Of a stretch of 32,000 nt of DNA, positions 24,636 through 32,000 are shown one piece after another. Under the pieces are notes generated by a model. It was not told the origin of the DNA. It made no database searches and worked only from the letters and a program-made list of their open reading frames with translations. Each line of letters opens with the position of its first letter. Position 1 is the stretch's first letter. The DNA comes from Erysipelothrix larvae. GTDB lineage: Bacteria > Bacillota_I > Bacilli_A > Erysipelotrichales > Erysipelotrichaceae. Position numbers and translations under genes: made by a program. The DNA lies in NCBI RefSeq assembly GCF_001545095.1, contig NZ_CP013213.1, positions 510,001 to 542,000 of the forward strand, in the 5' to 3' direction.

Positions 24636-25823
24636 ATGATTATTCTATCTGTAAACTCTGGGAGTTCATCCCTAAAGTTTCAACTCTTCACAATGCCACA
24701 AGAAGAGACACTTGTATTGGGACAAATTGAAAAAATCGGATTGAAAGATTCAATTGTAACGGTGAAATATAATGGAAAAAAAGATGTGGATATTGTTGAT
24801 GTAAACGACCACAAACAGGCTGTCACAATTCTACTTGAAACCTTGACTCGAATTGGGGTTTTGAAAGATATTGAAGACATCAAAGGGGTAGGCCATCGCG
24901 TTGTTCATGGTGGTGAGGTTTTTGATCATTCAGTAGTCATTGATGATGCAGTGGTTCAGAAAATCGATGAACTCTCATCCCTTGCACCGCTACACAATCC
25001 TGTGAACTTAGTGGGGATTGAAGCGTTTAGAAATGTATTGCCACATGCAACCCATGTTGCGGTGTTTGATACAGCATTCCATCAAAGCATGAAACCTGAA
25101 AACTACATGTATCCAATTCCATATCAGTACTATGAAAACTATAAAATTCGTCGTTATGGGTTCCATGGAACATCCCATTTCTATGTTTCACGTAAAGTGT
25201 GTGAACTGATGCAGCGTGATCCTGAAAACACAAACATCATTACACTCCACTTAGGAAATGGTGCTTCAATTACAGCCATTGAAAATGGAAAATCCATCAT
25301 GACATCCATGGGCTTTACACCTCTAGCAGGCATTATGATGGGAACACGTTCGGGTGATATTGATCCTGCAATCATGACCTTTATTGTCGATCATGAAGAT
25401 AAAACAAGCGATGAAGTATTGGATGTCTTAAATAAAGAATCGGGAATGTTAGGGGTAAGTGGTTTATCCAGCGATGCCCGCGATATCATCTCAAAATATG
25501 AAGAAGGGAATCCACGTGCTGTATTAACATTGGATATCTATGCCAACCGTGTCGCAGAAACTGTGGGCTCATATTTTGTGAAACTGGGTCATGTGGATGC
25601 ACTTGTATTCACAGGTGGTATTGGTGAGAACTCAAGTTTTATTCGTGAACGCGTACTAAAGAACATTCAAGAAGCGATGGGTCTTGAGTTAAACTGGGAT
25701 ATCAATGCATCTACGATTGGTGAAATTGCGAAGTTTAGTAACGATGCAAGTAAATCTGAAGTATGGGTAATTCCAACCAATGAAGAGTTAGTACTTGCCC
25801 GCGATACCTTCGAAAAAATCTAA
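24636..25823 (+). CDS. ackA: Acetate kinase
   Basis: MIILSVNSGSSSLKFQLF, GHRVVHGG, RRYGFHGTSH and FTGGIGENS. ATG 24636 is preceded by AGAGGAAG. The track extension from 24588 is rejected. Confidence 0.95.
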   Translation: MIILSVNSGSSSLKFQLFTMPQEETLVLGQIEKIGLKDSIVTVKYNGKKDVDIVDVNDHKQAVTILLETLTRIGVLKDIEDIKGVGHRVVHGGEVFDHSVVIDDAVVQKIDELSSLAPLHNPVNLVGIEAFRNVLPHATHVAVFDTAFHQSMKPENYMYPIPYQYYENYKIRRYGFHGTSHFYVSRKVCELMQRDPENTNIITLHLGNGASITAIENGKSIMTSMGFTPLAGIMMGTRSGDIDPAIMTFIVDHEDKTSDEVLDVLNKESGMLGVSGLSSDARDIISKYEEGNPRAVLTLDIYANRVAETVGSYFVKLGHVDALVFTGGIGENSSFIRERVLKNIQEAMGLELNWDINASTIGEIAKFSNDASKSEVWVIPTNEELVLARDTFEKI

Positions 25824-25837
25824 GCAATTGTATCAAG

Positions 25838-25865
25838 CTGTTGTGATTTATCACAGCAGTTTTTA
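25838..25865 (+). terminator. Rho-independent terminator after ackA
   Basis: 10-bp stem CTGTTGTGAT (25838-25847) / ATCACAGCAG (25850-25859) with one G-U pair, then TTTTT. Confidence 0.7.
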
Positions 25866-25996
25866 TGTTCAAACACACGCTTCTTATCAAACCTTTGGAT
25901 GCCCTTTTGTGCTTTAAAGATGCACAAAGACTCCACCGTGTTTGAATGATACAAGCCATGCTCACTAAAAAACACACAATCTCAACGCAGATATAG

Positions 25997-26005
25997 TGAT
26001 ATACT
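25997..26005 (+). promoter_or_regulatory. Extended -10 (TGATATACT) upstream of the VanY-like gene
   Basis: TG at 25997-25998, one nt, then TATACT (26000-26005), about 32 nt before ATG 26038. There is no convincing -35. Confidence 0.35.
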
Positions 26006-26037
26006 AACGTTATGAACCGAGTTGATGGGAGGGTTTT

Positions 26038-27216
26038 ATGAAACGTTTTTTTATAGTACTACTTACAGCAGTTTTTGTCCTGAGTGGATGTTCAAAGGAC
26101 CAAGACTCAATCAACAAAAATGCGAACATCACGTTTATCGGTGAAGCCATCGAAGTGGGAACAACCCTGAGTGATTCGTTTATTTTGAATCACATCGAAT
26201 CTGATGGCGTTGTGGAAAATACTGACCTCAGTGTTCTCTTTGAGAATGGTGAATCACAATTCACCTTTAATGAAGAGGGCACGATTAAAGTCACCATTCG
26301 ATTAACGCATGAAGATGATGTCCTTGACAAAACAATTTCAATTGATGTGAAAGATACACAAGCACCGTTTATTATTGGTGCCTTTGATCGCGAAGTGGCA
26401 TTGAATGAAACGGTGGATTTAAATCAGTTGGTAAGTACCCGTAACCCAAACGATAGCCTTGAGTTTAGTCCTTCTACAGTGGATACATCAACGTATGGAA
26501 CAACTACGGTTAGTGTGAGTGCATATGATGGACATGATCGCGTATCTACTGAATTTGAAATCATCGTAACAGACTTTTCATCAAAAAGTGATTTTAGATT
26601 TTTTGGTCAAACCTATGGAAATCTTGTTGCCTTGAATAAAAACACAAACTTGGTGCTTGTAAACAAACGGTTTGGATTGGGTGAAAGCTATACACCAAAG
26701 AATCTTGTGACAATCGATGATGAATACGCCTTCCAACAACGACAAGGAATACAGGTCGTACAAGAAGCCTATGAGGCCTTTGTTGCCTTGAATGCTGCCA
26801 TGATTGAAGAAACATCACTGTCACCTTTAAGCATTTCAACGGCCTATCGTTCCTACAGTTTCCAAAGTACCCTTTATAACAATTATGTTCAAAGTGATGG
26901 TATCGAAGCTGCGGATACGTATTCTGCACGTCCTGGATTCTCAGAACATCAAACGGGACTTGCCCTTGATATTGCTGCAGATAATAAAAACCTTGATGCT
27001 TTTGGGGAAACCCAACAAGCGCAATATGTTAAAGAGAATGCTGCACGGTTTGGCTTTATCATCCGCTTTCCACAAGGAAAAGATCGCATTACGGGGTATC
27101 AACATGAATCGTGGCATATCCGCTATGTTGGTGTTGAATATGCATCGCTTATTGAAGCATCAGGCTTGACCTTGGATCAGTATATCTTTGCCCATAATTT
27201 GACAGATATTCAGTAA
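26038..27216 (+). CDS. Lipoprotein D-alanyl-D-alanine carboxypeptidase (peptidase M15B/VanY family) with N-terminal Ig-like domains
   Basis: Lipobox MKRFFIVLLTAVFVLSG/C. C-terminal zinc-peptidase motifs SEHQTGLALDI (HxxxxxxD) and ESWHIRYVG (ExxH). Confidence 0.85.
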   Translation: MKRFFIVLLTAVFVLSGCSKDQDSINKNANITFIGEAIEVGTTLSDSFILNHIESDGVVENTDLSVLFENGESQFTFNEEGTIKVTIRLTHEDDVLDKTISIDVKDTQAPFIIGAFDREVALNETVDLNQLVSTRNPNDSLEFSPSTVDTSTYGTTTVSVSAYDGHDRVSTEFEIIVTDFSSKSDFRFFGQTYGNLVALNKNTNLVLVNKRFGLGESYTPKNLVTIDDEYAFQQRQGIQVVQEAYEAFVALNAAMIEETSLSPLSISTAYRSYSFQSTLYNNYVQSDGIEAADTYSARPGFSEHQTGLALDIAADNKNLDAFGETQQAQYVKENAARFGFIIRFPQGKDRITGYQHESWHIRYVGVEYASLIEASGLTLDQYIFAHNLTDIQ

Positions 27217-27223
27217 ATCATAA

Positions 27224-27249
27224 ACGTTGGAATTATCCAGCGTTTTTTT
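27224..27249 (+). terminator. Rho-independent terminator after the VanY-like gene
   Basis: 8-bp stem ACGTTGGA (27224-27231) / TCCAGCGT (27236-27243) with one G-U pair, then a T7 run ending at 27249. Confidence 0.8.
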
Positions 27250-27323
27250 CCATTTATCAAGTTATAAAATTAGTGTGAATTTGATGTAGATATTTGATAT
27301 GATAGACCTAGGAGATATAAACG

Positions 27324-29207
27324 ATGATTCGAAAACTGATACACGCATGTGCAAATTCAAAAATTCCTCAAAACTTAGAGAGTGACATTTGGATTTTAAG
27401 TATGGATTCAACTGAGACTCAAACTGAAGTTGTAGTGTTCAATCGTATGTTTGAGCCATCTCATATACACAGTCTCACGTTTTTATGTGATGATACACCG
27501 GTTAACACAATCCAAGAAACGCAATTGGATGATGGTTGCGTCCGTTGCATTCTTGATATTACACACCCAAAACAAATCACAGTGAAGAAGTATTGCTTAG
27601 GTGACACCTGTGTAAAGGTTGATCACATTAAACTGTATCACGTAGAGTTTGATGTATTGACCTCTGATAGGGTAGCTGTCTTAAAACAAGCAGATGCGCG
27701 TTTTGAAGTCATGCCCTCATTTTCAAACAATGAGTGGCAATGCATGTGTTCCTATGTAAACACAAACAGCTCAATATGTAAGCGCTGTGGCCAATCAAAG
27801 CAGGATAATATAACATTTACACACCGTGATATACAAGCAGAGATGCTTGAAGGAGCACTTCGCGCACTGCCTGATGATATCGACGATATGGATGAAGCGC
27901 TAAGCACATTGAGTGAAACATACAACCGCCCCCTTAATGAAGTGAAACAAATGGTTCAAGTCATTCAACAGGAGCATAAACATGTAAATCATTCTGATAC
28001 AGTACCTTTGAAACGCAAAAAATACCAAAAGAAACACATCCTTATACTGGGTCTTGTGTGTGTGCTTGTGATATCCTTTGTGTCCTTAAGACCCTTAGTG
28101 AGTCGATACAAACAGTATCAAGCAGCCAACGCATTGTTTGACCAGGGAAATTATACGGAAGCAAGAGCCTTATACAAACAAGATCTTGGGTTTTTGTCCA
28201 GTAGAGAAAAGGTCGTGCAGTCCGTCTTGAATGAGGTTGAGTTATTGATGTTAACATCAAGCACCGAAGATTTCATGCAACAAAACATATCGATGAAGCT
28301 GTCTGAGTTGGATAATGTATTCGATCCCTATCAAGAATCTCAAAAGAGTCAAAGCATCTTAAGAGATCAAGTCAGTGCTTTTGCGATGAAGTATATTGAT
28401 ACTGATCAGTATGAAGTCGCGATGGGTGTTGTGTTTAGGTTGTTGAATTTCGAAGACCCTTTTTCTACTGAATTCAAAGAAATCGCGAAAGCAAAAATTA
28501 TTAACAGTGGAACGACCTATGACTACATTATTTATTGGTGGTATTTTTCTTATGGTAATGATCTTACGGATCTGTATGAAGCCCTTGATCGGTTAATACA
28601 GACGGATATCTTACCCAATATCCATAACAAAGACGCGGATATTAATGAACTCATTGATTATCTGAGTGTGGTAATCCAATATGCAACGCAACTGGTCCAC
28701 GCTAATCCAGACAAATACCTAGACACAGTGCTTGAGGTGTTATATCAAGGTCAATTACTGATGGCCACGTATGATAATTATTATGTAAACAATCCAAATG
28801 TACCAAGCATACTTTATAGTCAAAATTATAAAGATTCAAGAACTGCCTTTGACCCTGAAAAATATGCGCTCTATAATTATTGGATTGAGCATTCACAACC
28901 TATGGAAGAAGGAACCGACGAGAACTCAGTTGCATTAACCCTCTATCCCAACGAAACATCATTTACGCTCGTTGTGGAACTTGTGGGCGAATTTGATCCA
29001 ACGATGGAAATAACCGCTTCAATCATGGAATTAGGTATCGAAGACAAGCCATTCAAACTTTCTAGCGATGGGCGCATTGAAATCCCAATTGACTTATTGA
29101 GTCTTCAAAGAGAAATCCCTCAGCAATTCTCAGTGATGTTATTTGGAAATAGTTCACGTGGATCCGAATACCTTTTATCGCTGGATGTCTTTACAAATCT
29201 TGACTAA
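27324..29207 (+). CDS. Hypothetical single-pass membrane protein: cytoplasmic N-terminal region with a CxC-x9-CxxC zinc ribbon, and a ~370-aa extracytoplasmic helical region
   Basis: 628-codon open frame with AGGAG 8 nt upstream. EWQCMCSYVNTNSSICKRCGQSK has Cys codons at 27741, 27747, 27777 and 27786. Basic stretch KRKKYQKK followed by TM HILILGLVCVLVISFVSL (about nt 28036-28090). One TPR-like segment AANALFDQGNYTEARALYKQ. I recognised no family. Confidence 0.7.
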   Translation: MIRKLIHACANSKIPQNLESDIWILSMDSTETQTEVVVFNRMFEPSHIHSLTFLCDDTPVNTIQETQLDDGCVRCILDITHPKQITVKKYCLGDTCVKVDHIKLYHVEFDVLTSDRVAVLKQADARFEVMPSFSNNEWQCMCSYVNTNSSICKRCGQSKQDNITFTHRDIQAEMLEGALRALPDDIDDMDEALSTLSETYNRPLNEVKQMVQVIQQEHKHVNHSDTVPLKRKKYQKKHILILGLVCVLVISFVSLRPLVSRYKQYQAANALFDQGNYTEARALYKQDLGFLSSREKVVQSVLNEVELLMLTSSTEDFMQQNISMKLSELDNVFDPYQESQKSQSILRDQVSAFAMKYIDTDQYEVAMGVVFRLLNFEDPFSTEFKEIAKAKIINSGTTYDYIIYWWYFSYGNDLTDLYEALDRLIQTDILPNIHNKDADINELIDYLSVVIQYATQLVHANPDKYLDTVLEVLYQGQLLMATYDNYYVNNPNVPSILYSQNYKDSRTAFDPEKYALYNYWIEHSQPMEEGTDENSVALTLYPNETSFTLVVELVGEFDPTMEITASIMELGIEDKPFKLSSDGRIEIPIDLLSLQREIPQQFSVMLFGNSSRGSEYLLSLDVFTNLD

Positions 29208-29232
29208 TACGATGAAATTTAATAAGTGGGGA

Positions 29233-29261
29233 TTGTTAGAACACTTAAAGTAAGATATAAT
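29233..29261 (+). promoter_or_regulatory. Sigma-A promoter for the glycosylation cluster
   Basis: TTGTTA (29233-29238), 17 nt, TATAAT (29256-29261). Confidence 0.5.
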
Positions 29262-29299
29262 TTGCTTTGAAAATTAGTGGGAGATATCGAGGAATCCAT

Positions 29300-30250
29300 A
29301 TGATACTTTATACAGTAGTACCCTGTTATAATGAAGAACTTGTTTTACGTGAAACCTATCATCAGTTAAAAGAAAAATACAATCATCTGATGACAGAAAA
29401 TCTCATCAATGATCAAAGTCGCATTGTATTTGTGAATGATGGTTCTAAAGACAAAACGTGGTCAATGATTCAAAAATTAGTCCAGGATGATGTTTATATT
29501 AAAGGCATAAACCTAAGTAGAAATCGTGGTCATCAAAATGCACTCTTAGCTGGCCTTATGACTGTGAAAGAGGAAGCTGATGCAGTAATATCTATGGATG
29601 CAGATTTGCAAGATGATATTAATGCAATGGATGAAATGATTGAGAAATATAAAAAAGGTGTGGATATTGTTTATGGTGTACGTTCTTCACGTAAAACAGA
29701 TTCATTTTTTAAACGCGTTAGTGCAGAAGCATTCTATCGATTGATGCATGCTTTAGGTGTTAGCACTGTTTTTAATCATGCAGATTATCGTCTGATGAGT
29801 AAACGCGCTTTGGATGGTCTAGCCTCTTTTGAGGAAGTGCATTTATTCTTACGAGGAATTGTTGTAATGATTGGATATTCATCCGATACAGTATTTTATG
29901 AACGAAAAGAACGCTTTGCAGGAGAGAGTAAGTATCCGCTAAAAAAGATGATCTCATTTGCAGTTGATGGTATTACATCATTAAGCATTAAGCCAATACG
30001 GATGATTACATTCTTTGGCATATTTGCTCTGTTTGTAAGTGTTGGTATGATATTTTACACACTTATCGCATATTTTAAAGGGGATGTTGTTTCAGGATGG
30101 CCAAGCATTATGACCAGTCTATGGTTCTTGGGTGGAACACAATTACTATCGATTGGGATCGTAGGTGAGTATGTAGGGAAAAACTACATTGAGACAAAAC
30201 GAAGACCCCGTTATATCATTTCTGATTATATCGGTGATCCGCATGATTAA
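29300..30250 (+). CDS. GT2 polyprenyl-phosphate glycosyltransferase (GtrB/CsbB/ArnC-like)
   Basis: VVPCYNEE, NDGSKD, the DxD-type motif MDADLQDD, and two C-terminal TMs (IRMITFFGIFALFVSVGMIFY and LWFLGGTQLLSIGIVGEYV). ATG 29300 lies after GAGGAA. The track TTG 29267 is rejected. Confidence 0.88.
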   Translation: MILYTVVPCYNEELVLRETYHQLKEKYNHLMTENLINDQSRIVFVNDGSKDKTWSMIQKLVQDDVYIKGINLSRNRGHQNALLAGLMTVKEEADAVISMDADLQDDINAMDEMIEKYKKGVDIVYGVRSSRKTDSFFKRVSAEAFYRLMHALGVSTVFNHADYRLMSKRALDGLASFEEVHLFLRGIVVMIGYSSDTVFYERKERFAGESKYPLKKMISFAVDGITSLSIKPIRMITFFGIFALFVSVGMIFYTLIAYFKGDVVSGWPSIMTSLWFLGGTQLLSIGIVGEYVGKNYIETKRRPRYIISDYIGDPHD

Positions 30251-30653
30251 GCGGTTATTAGATCTCCAAATCGTTAAGTTTGGTATTGTGGGTGTGATGA
30301 ATACCGCGTTGAGTTGGGTTGTGATGTTTTTTCTTTACAACATCATGCATGTTTCAGATACAATCTCAACATTGGTTGCGTATATTTTAGGAAGTATTTT
30401 AAGTTTTATCTTAAATCGAACCTATACGTTTCAATCCGAAGCATCAATCGGGGCATCTGCCTTTAAATTTACACTGAATGTCGCAATCTGTTATGTGGGG
30501 GCTTATGTCATTTTTAAACCATTCATTAAATCGATGGTTGCACTTGTGAGTCAAAGCCAACACGTCATTGATAATATAACGATGATGCTTGGTTCAGTTG
30601 TTTTTACTGCGATTAATTTTATCGGTCAGAAGTATTTTACATTTAAGAACTAG
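30243..30653 (+). CDS. GtrA-family small membrane protein (putative lipid-linked sugar flippase)
   Basis: KFGIVGVMNTALSWVVMFFLY..., about 4 TM, ending KYFTFKN. ATG 30243 overlaps the upstream stop by 8 nt. Confidence 0.85.
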   Translation: MIKRLLDLQIVKFGIVGVMNTALSWVVMFFLYNIMHVSDTISTLVAYILGSILSFILNRTYTFQSEASIGASAFKFTLNVAICYVGAYVIFKPFIKSMVALVSQSQHVIDNITMMLGSVVFTAINFIGQKYFTFKN

Positions 30654-30668
30654 AGGAGTATGTGTGAG

Positions 30669-32000
30669 ATGAGTCAGATTATGAGTATTTTGATGTTATT
30701 AACGGGGTTTGTGATTTTATGGTGTGTTGGATTTCCATTCACTCATTTTGCGTTTAGTAAAGCTGATAAGCGGCTATCAAATGATGGGATTCATGCATTA
30801 TCCTTATTTTCTGGATATGCATTGATCATTTGCATTGAACTTTTACTTGTACCTTTAGACATTCCGGTGAAATTTACAGCTTGGCCTCTATTAATTGGAG
30901 CTTTGATTGTATGTGTAATCTATATAAGAAAAAATAAAGAGACGATCGCGTATCCTTCAAAACAATTTCTATTTTATGCACTCATAATCCTTGTGATATC
31001 AGGATTTAGCTTTGTGATTATTGGTGCTCAGTTTTTTAAAGGTTTTGCGTGGTGGGATACTTTGTATTATGCATCACATGCAGAGTTCTTAAAGAATCTT
31101 CCATTTAGTTCGCTGGATTCAAAGGTTTTTGATCTTCCTTACCTAGGATCAAGTTATCACTATTTCCACGGAACACATCGTATCGGGCGTGGCGTATTTC
31201 AAGCATTTATTGCATCCGTGTATTTCGTAGATGGTTCATCCACACTAGGATTTATGAATGTTTTGGGTGTACTGCTTGTATATTTGGGTGTCGTCTATGC
31301 CTTAGATGGTTTTCCATTATCAACGCGTAGGAAGTATTTCATTGCGTTTGCCGCAACCGTTGTACCAAATGTTGTGATCACTCAGATGGAAGGGTTTATT
31401 CCGATCGGGCTTTTCACTGCATTTACAGTGGTGCTTGTGAGATTATTTATGGATGTTCTTGTTCAAAAACAAATAAGTACTGCCATTTTGGGAGGGATCC
31501 TTGGCGTTTCCTTTTTTACGACACTCCTTGATGGAACCTATGTTGTATTAGGAATGATAATACTCAGTGCCTTGATTCTCCTTTTCACCAAAGAATTTAA
31601 TAAAGTGTATCTATTAAATATTGGGGTGATTCTCTTAACAATCGTAATTTTCGTGTTTCCTTATCGGGAACAGTTTTCAATTGAATTGGGTGGCAGTGTT
31701 ACACGAAGTAGTCTAAACTTTATCTATTCCTTCGCGAATTCATCACTGGGATTAAATTGGATTTTTTGGGGCAGAACCCTAACCGGTTCATATGTACCAG
31801 ATAAATTATTTTTAGTGATGACTTTTCTTTCAATTTGTTTCTTTATTGCGAGTTATGTAGGTGTTTTCTTTACAATGTATAAAGGTCATCGACGCGAAGG
31901 ATTTACCATGCTTGCGCTTTGTTTAATGCCGTTTGTATTCTTAAGTATGAAAGAAGGAAATGAAGCATTAGATTTAAGGTATTCTTACTTTAAGGTACTA
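30669..32000 (+). CDS. Polytopic membrane protein, likely the GT-C-type terminal glycosyltransferase of the cluster; the 3' end runs off the window
   Basis: The frame is open from ATG 30669 to the window end (about 444 codons; not in the track because there is no in-window stop). GAGGAG (30653-30658) lies 10 nt upstream. At least 10 hydrophobic segments. Its position after GtrB/GtrA-like genes suggests the role. I recognised no sequence motif. Confidence 0.6.
   Translation, partial: MSQIMSILMLLTGFVILWCVGFPFTHFAFSKADKRLSNDGIHALSLFSGYALIICIELLLVPLDIPVKFTAWPLLIGALIVCVIYIRKNKETIAYPSKQFLFYALIILVISGFSFVIIGAQFFKGFAWWDTLYYASHAEFLKNLPFSSLDSKVFDLPYLGSSYHYFHGTHRIGRGVFQAFIASVYFVDGSSTLGFMNVLGVLLVYLGVVYALDGFPLSTRRKYFIAFAATVVPNVVITQMEGFIPIGLFTAFTVVLVRLFMDVLVQKQISTAILGGILGVSFFTTLLDGTYVVLGMIILSALILLFTKEFNKVYLLNIGVILLTIVIFVFPYREQFSIELGGSVTRSSLNFIYSFANSSLGLNWIFWGRTLTGSYVPDKLFLVMTFLSICFFIASYVGVFFTMYKGHRREGFTMLALCLMPFVFLSMKEGNEALDLRYSYFKVL

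Noticed and set aside
25735-25977. 80-aa minus-strand ORF in the ackA 3' end and intergenic region
   Set aside because: It overlaps the ackA coding end and its terminator, and has no SD and no motif. The nested inverted repeats in the non-overlapping part are reported separately.
2877-29957. About 35 short track ORFs (60-136 aa) nested in or antisense to larger genes (for example 2877-3190, 5257-5490, 6274-7223, 7480-7716, 8505-8705, 10512-10997, 11240-12208, 12305-12535, 13559-15649, 17660-17929, 19754-20467, 23505-24003, 24680-25375, 26581-27169, 28042-28896, 29772-29957)
   Set aside because: Each lies wholly within a longer ORF that carries clear family motifs and a proper SD. None has a recognisable motif or ribosome-binding site of its own, and their compositions look like out-of-frame or antisense translation.
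4079-30242. Longer N-terminal extensions given by the track for several genes (starts 3589, 4079, 7902, 12906, 16487, 16798, 18785, 19218, 24588, 29267, 30189)
   Set aside because: In each case an internal ATG or TTG has a well-spaced GGAGG-type SD and reproduces the conserved family N-terminus. The extended start lacks an SD and/or lies inside the upstream gene.
1-32000. CRISPR arrays, tRNA/rRNA genes, transposases, integrases, prophage genes, toxin-antitoxin pairs or known defence-system genes
   Set aside because: By eye I saw no regularly spaced repeat arrays, no ORFs with recombinase, nuclease or helicase motifs, and no intergenic stretch long enough to hide an rRNA gene. A tRNAscan or Rfam scan would be needed to exclude small RNAs formally.

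Overview
AT-rich chromosomal segment in the style of a low-GC Firmicute: strong GGAGG-type Shine-Dalgarno sites, ATGA or short start/stop overlaps, and hairpin plus T-run terminators. I call 32 protein-coding regions. Two run off the window edges and so are missing from the ORF track, and one is a 39-codon ORF below the track cutoff. By eye I found no rRNA, tRNA, CRISPR array, transposase, integrase, phage gene or obvious defence or biosynthetic cluster. Left to right: a partial Cna-type surface adhesin (-); a stand-alone Dxs-family enzyme; a DUF1836-DegV pair; a membrane-anchored alpha/beta hydrolase; an amidase plus an ECF sigma/anti-sigma pair (-); an AI-2E transporter with a small coupled upstream ORF; a permuted papain-like protein; an OmpR-type RR and intramembrane-sensing HK (-) divergent from a ~900-aa fused ABC ATPase/FtsX permease; a monocistronic His/Cys/Met-rich orphan; a small membrane protein plus DUF1697; alanine dehydrogenase; an orphan PTS EIIB plus FGGY kinase; a CsbD/GlsB stress pair (-); a tightly packed methyltransferase-GNAT-ANT(6)-thiolase array; acetate kinase; a VanY-type lipoprotein; a 627-aa zinc-ribbon/TM orphan; and a GT2-GtrA-polytopic membrane protein cluster that looks like a three-component surface glycosylation system (the last gene is truncated by the window). 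I do not see a clear-cut new system. The best second-look candidates are the TCS plus oversized fused MacB-like exporter with helically phased repeats in its control region, the zinc-ribbon/TM orphan lying between envelope-remodelling genes, the His/Cys/Met-rich orphan with a duplicated HxHQC motif and a long leader, and the phased heptamer repeats upstream of the ECF sigma operon. All family calls come from motif recognition by eye, not from searches.
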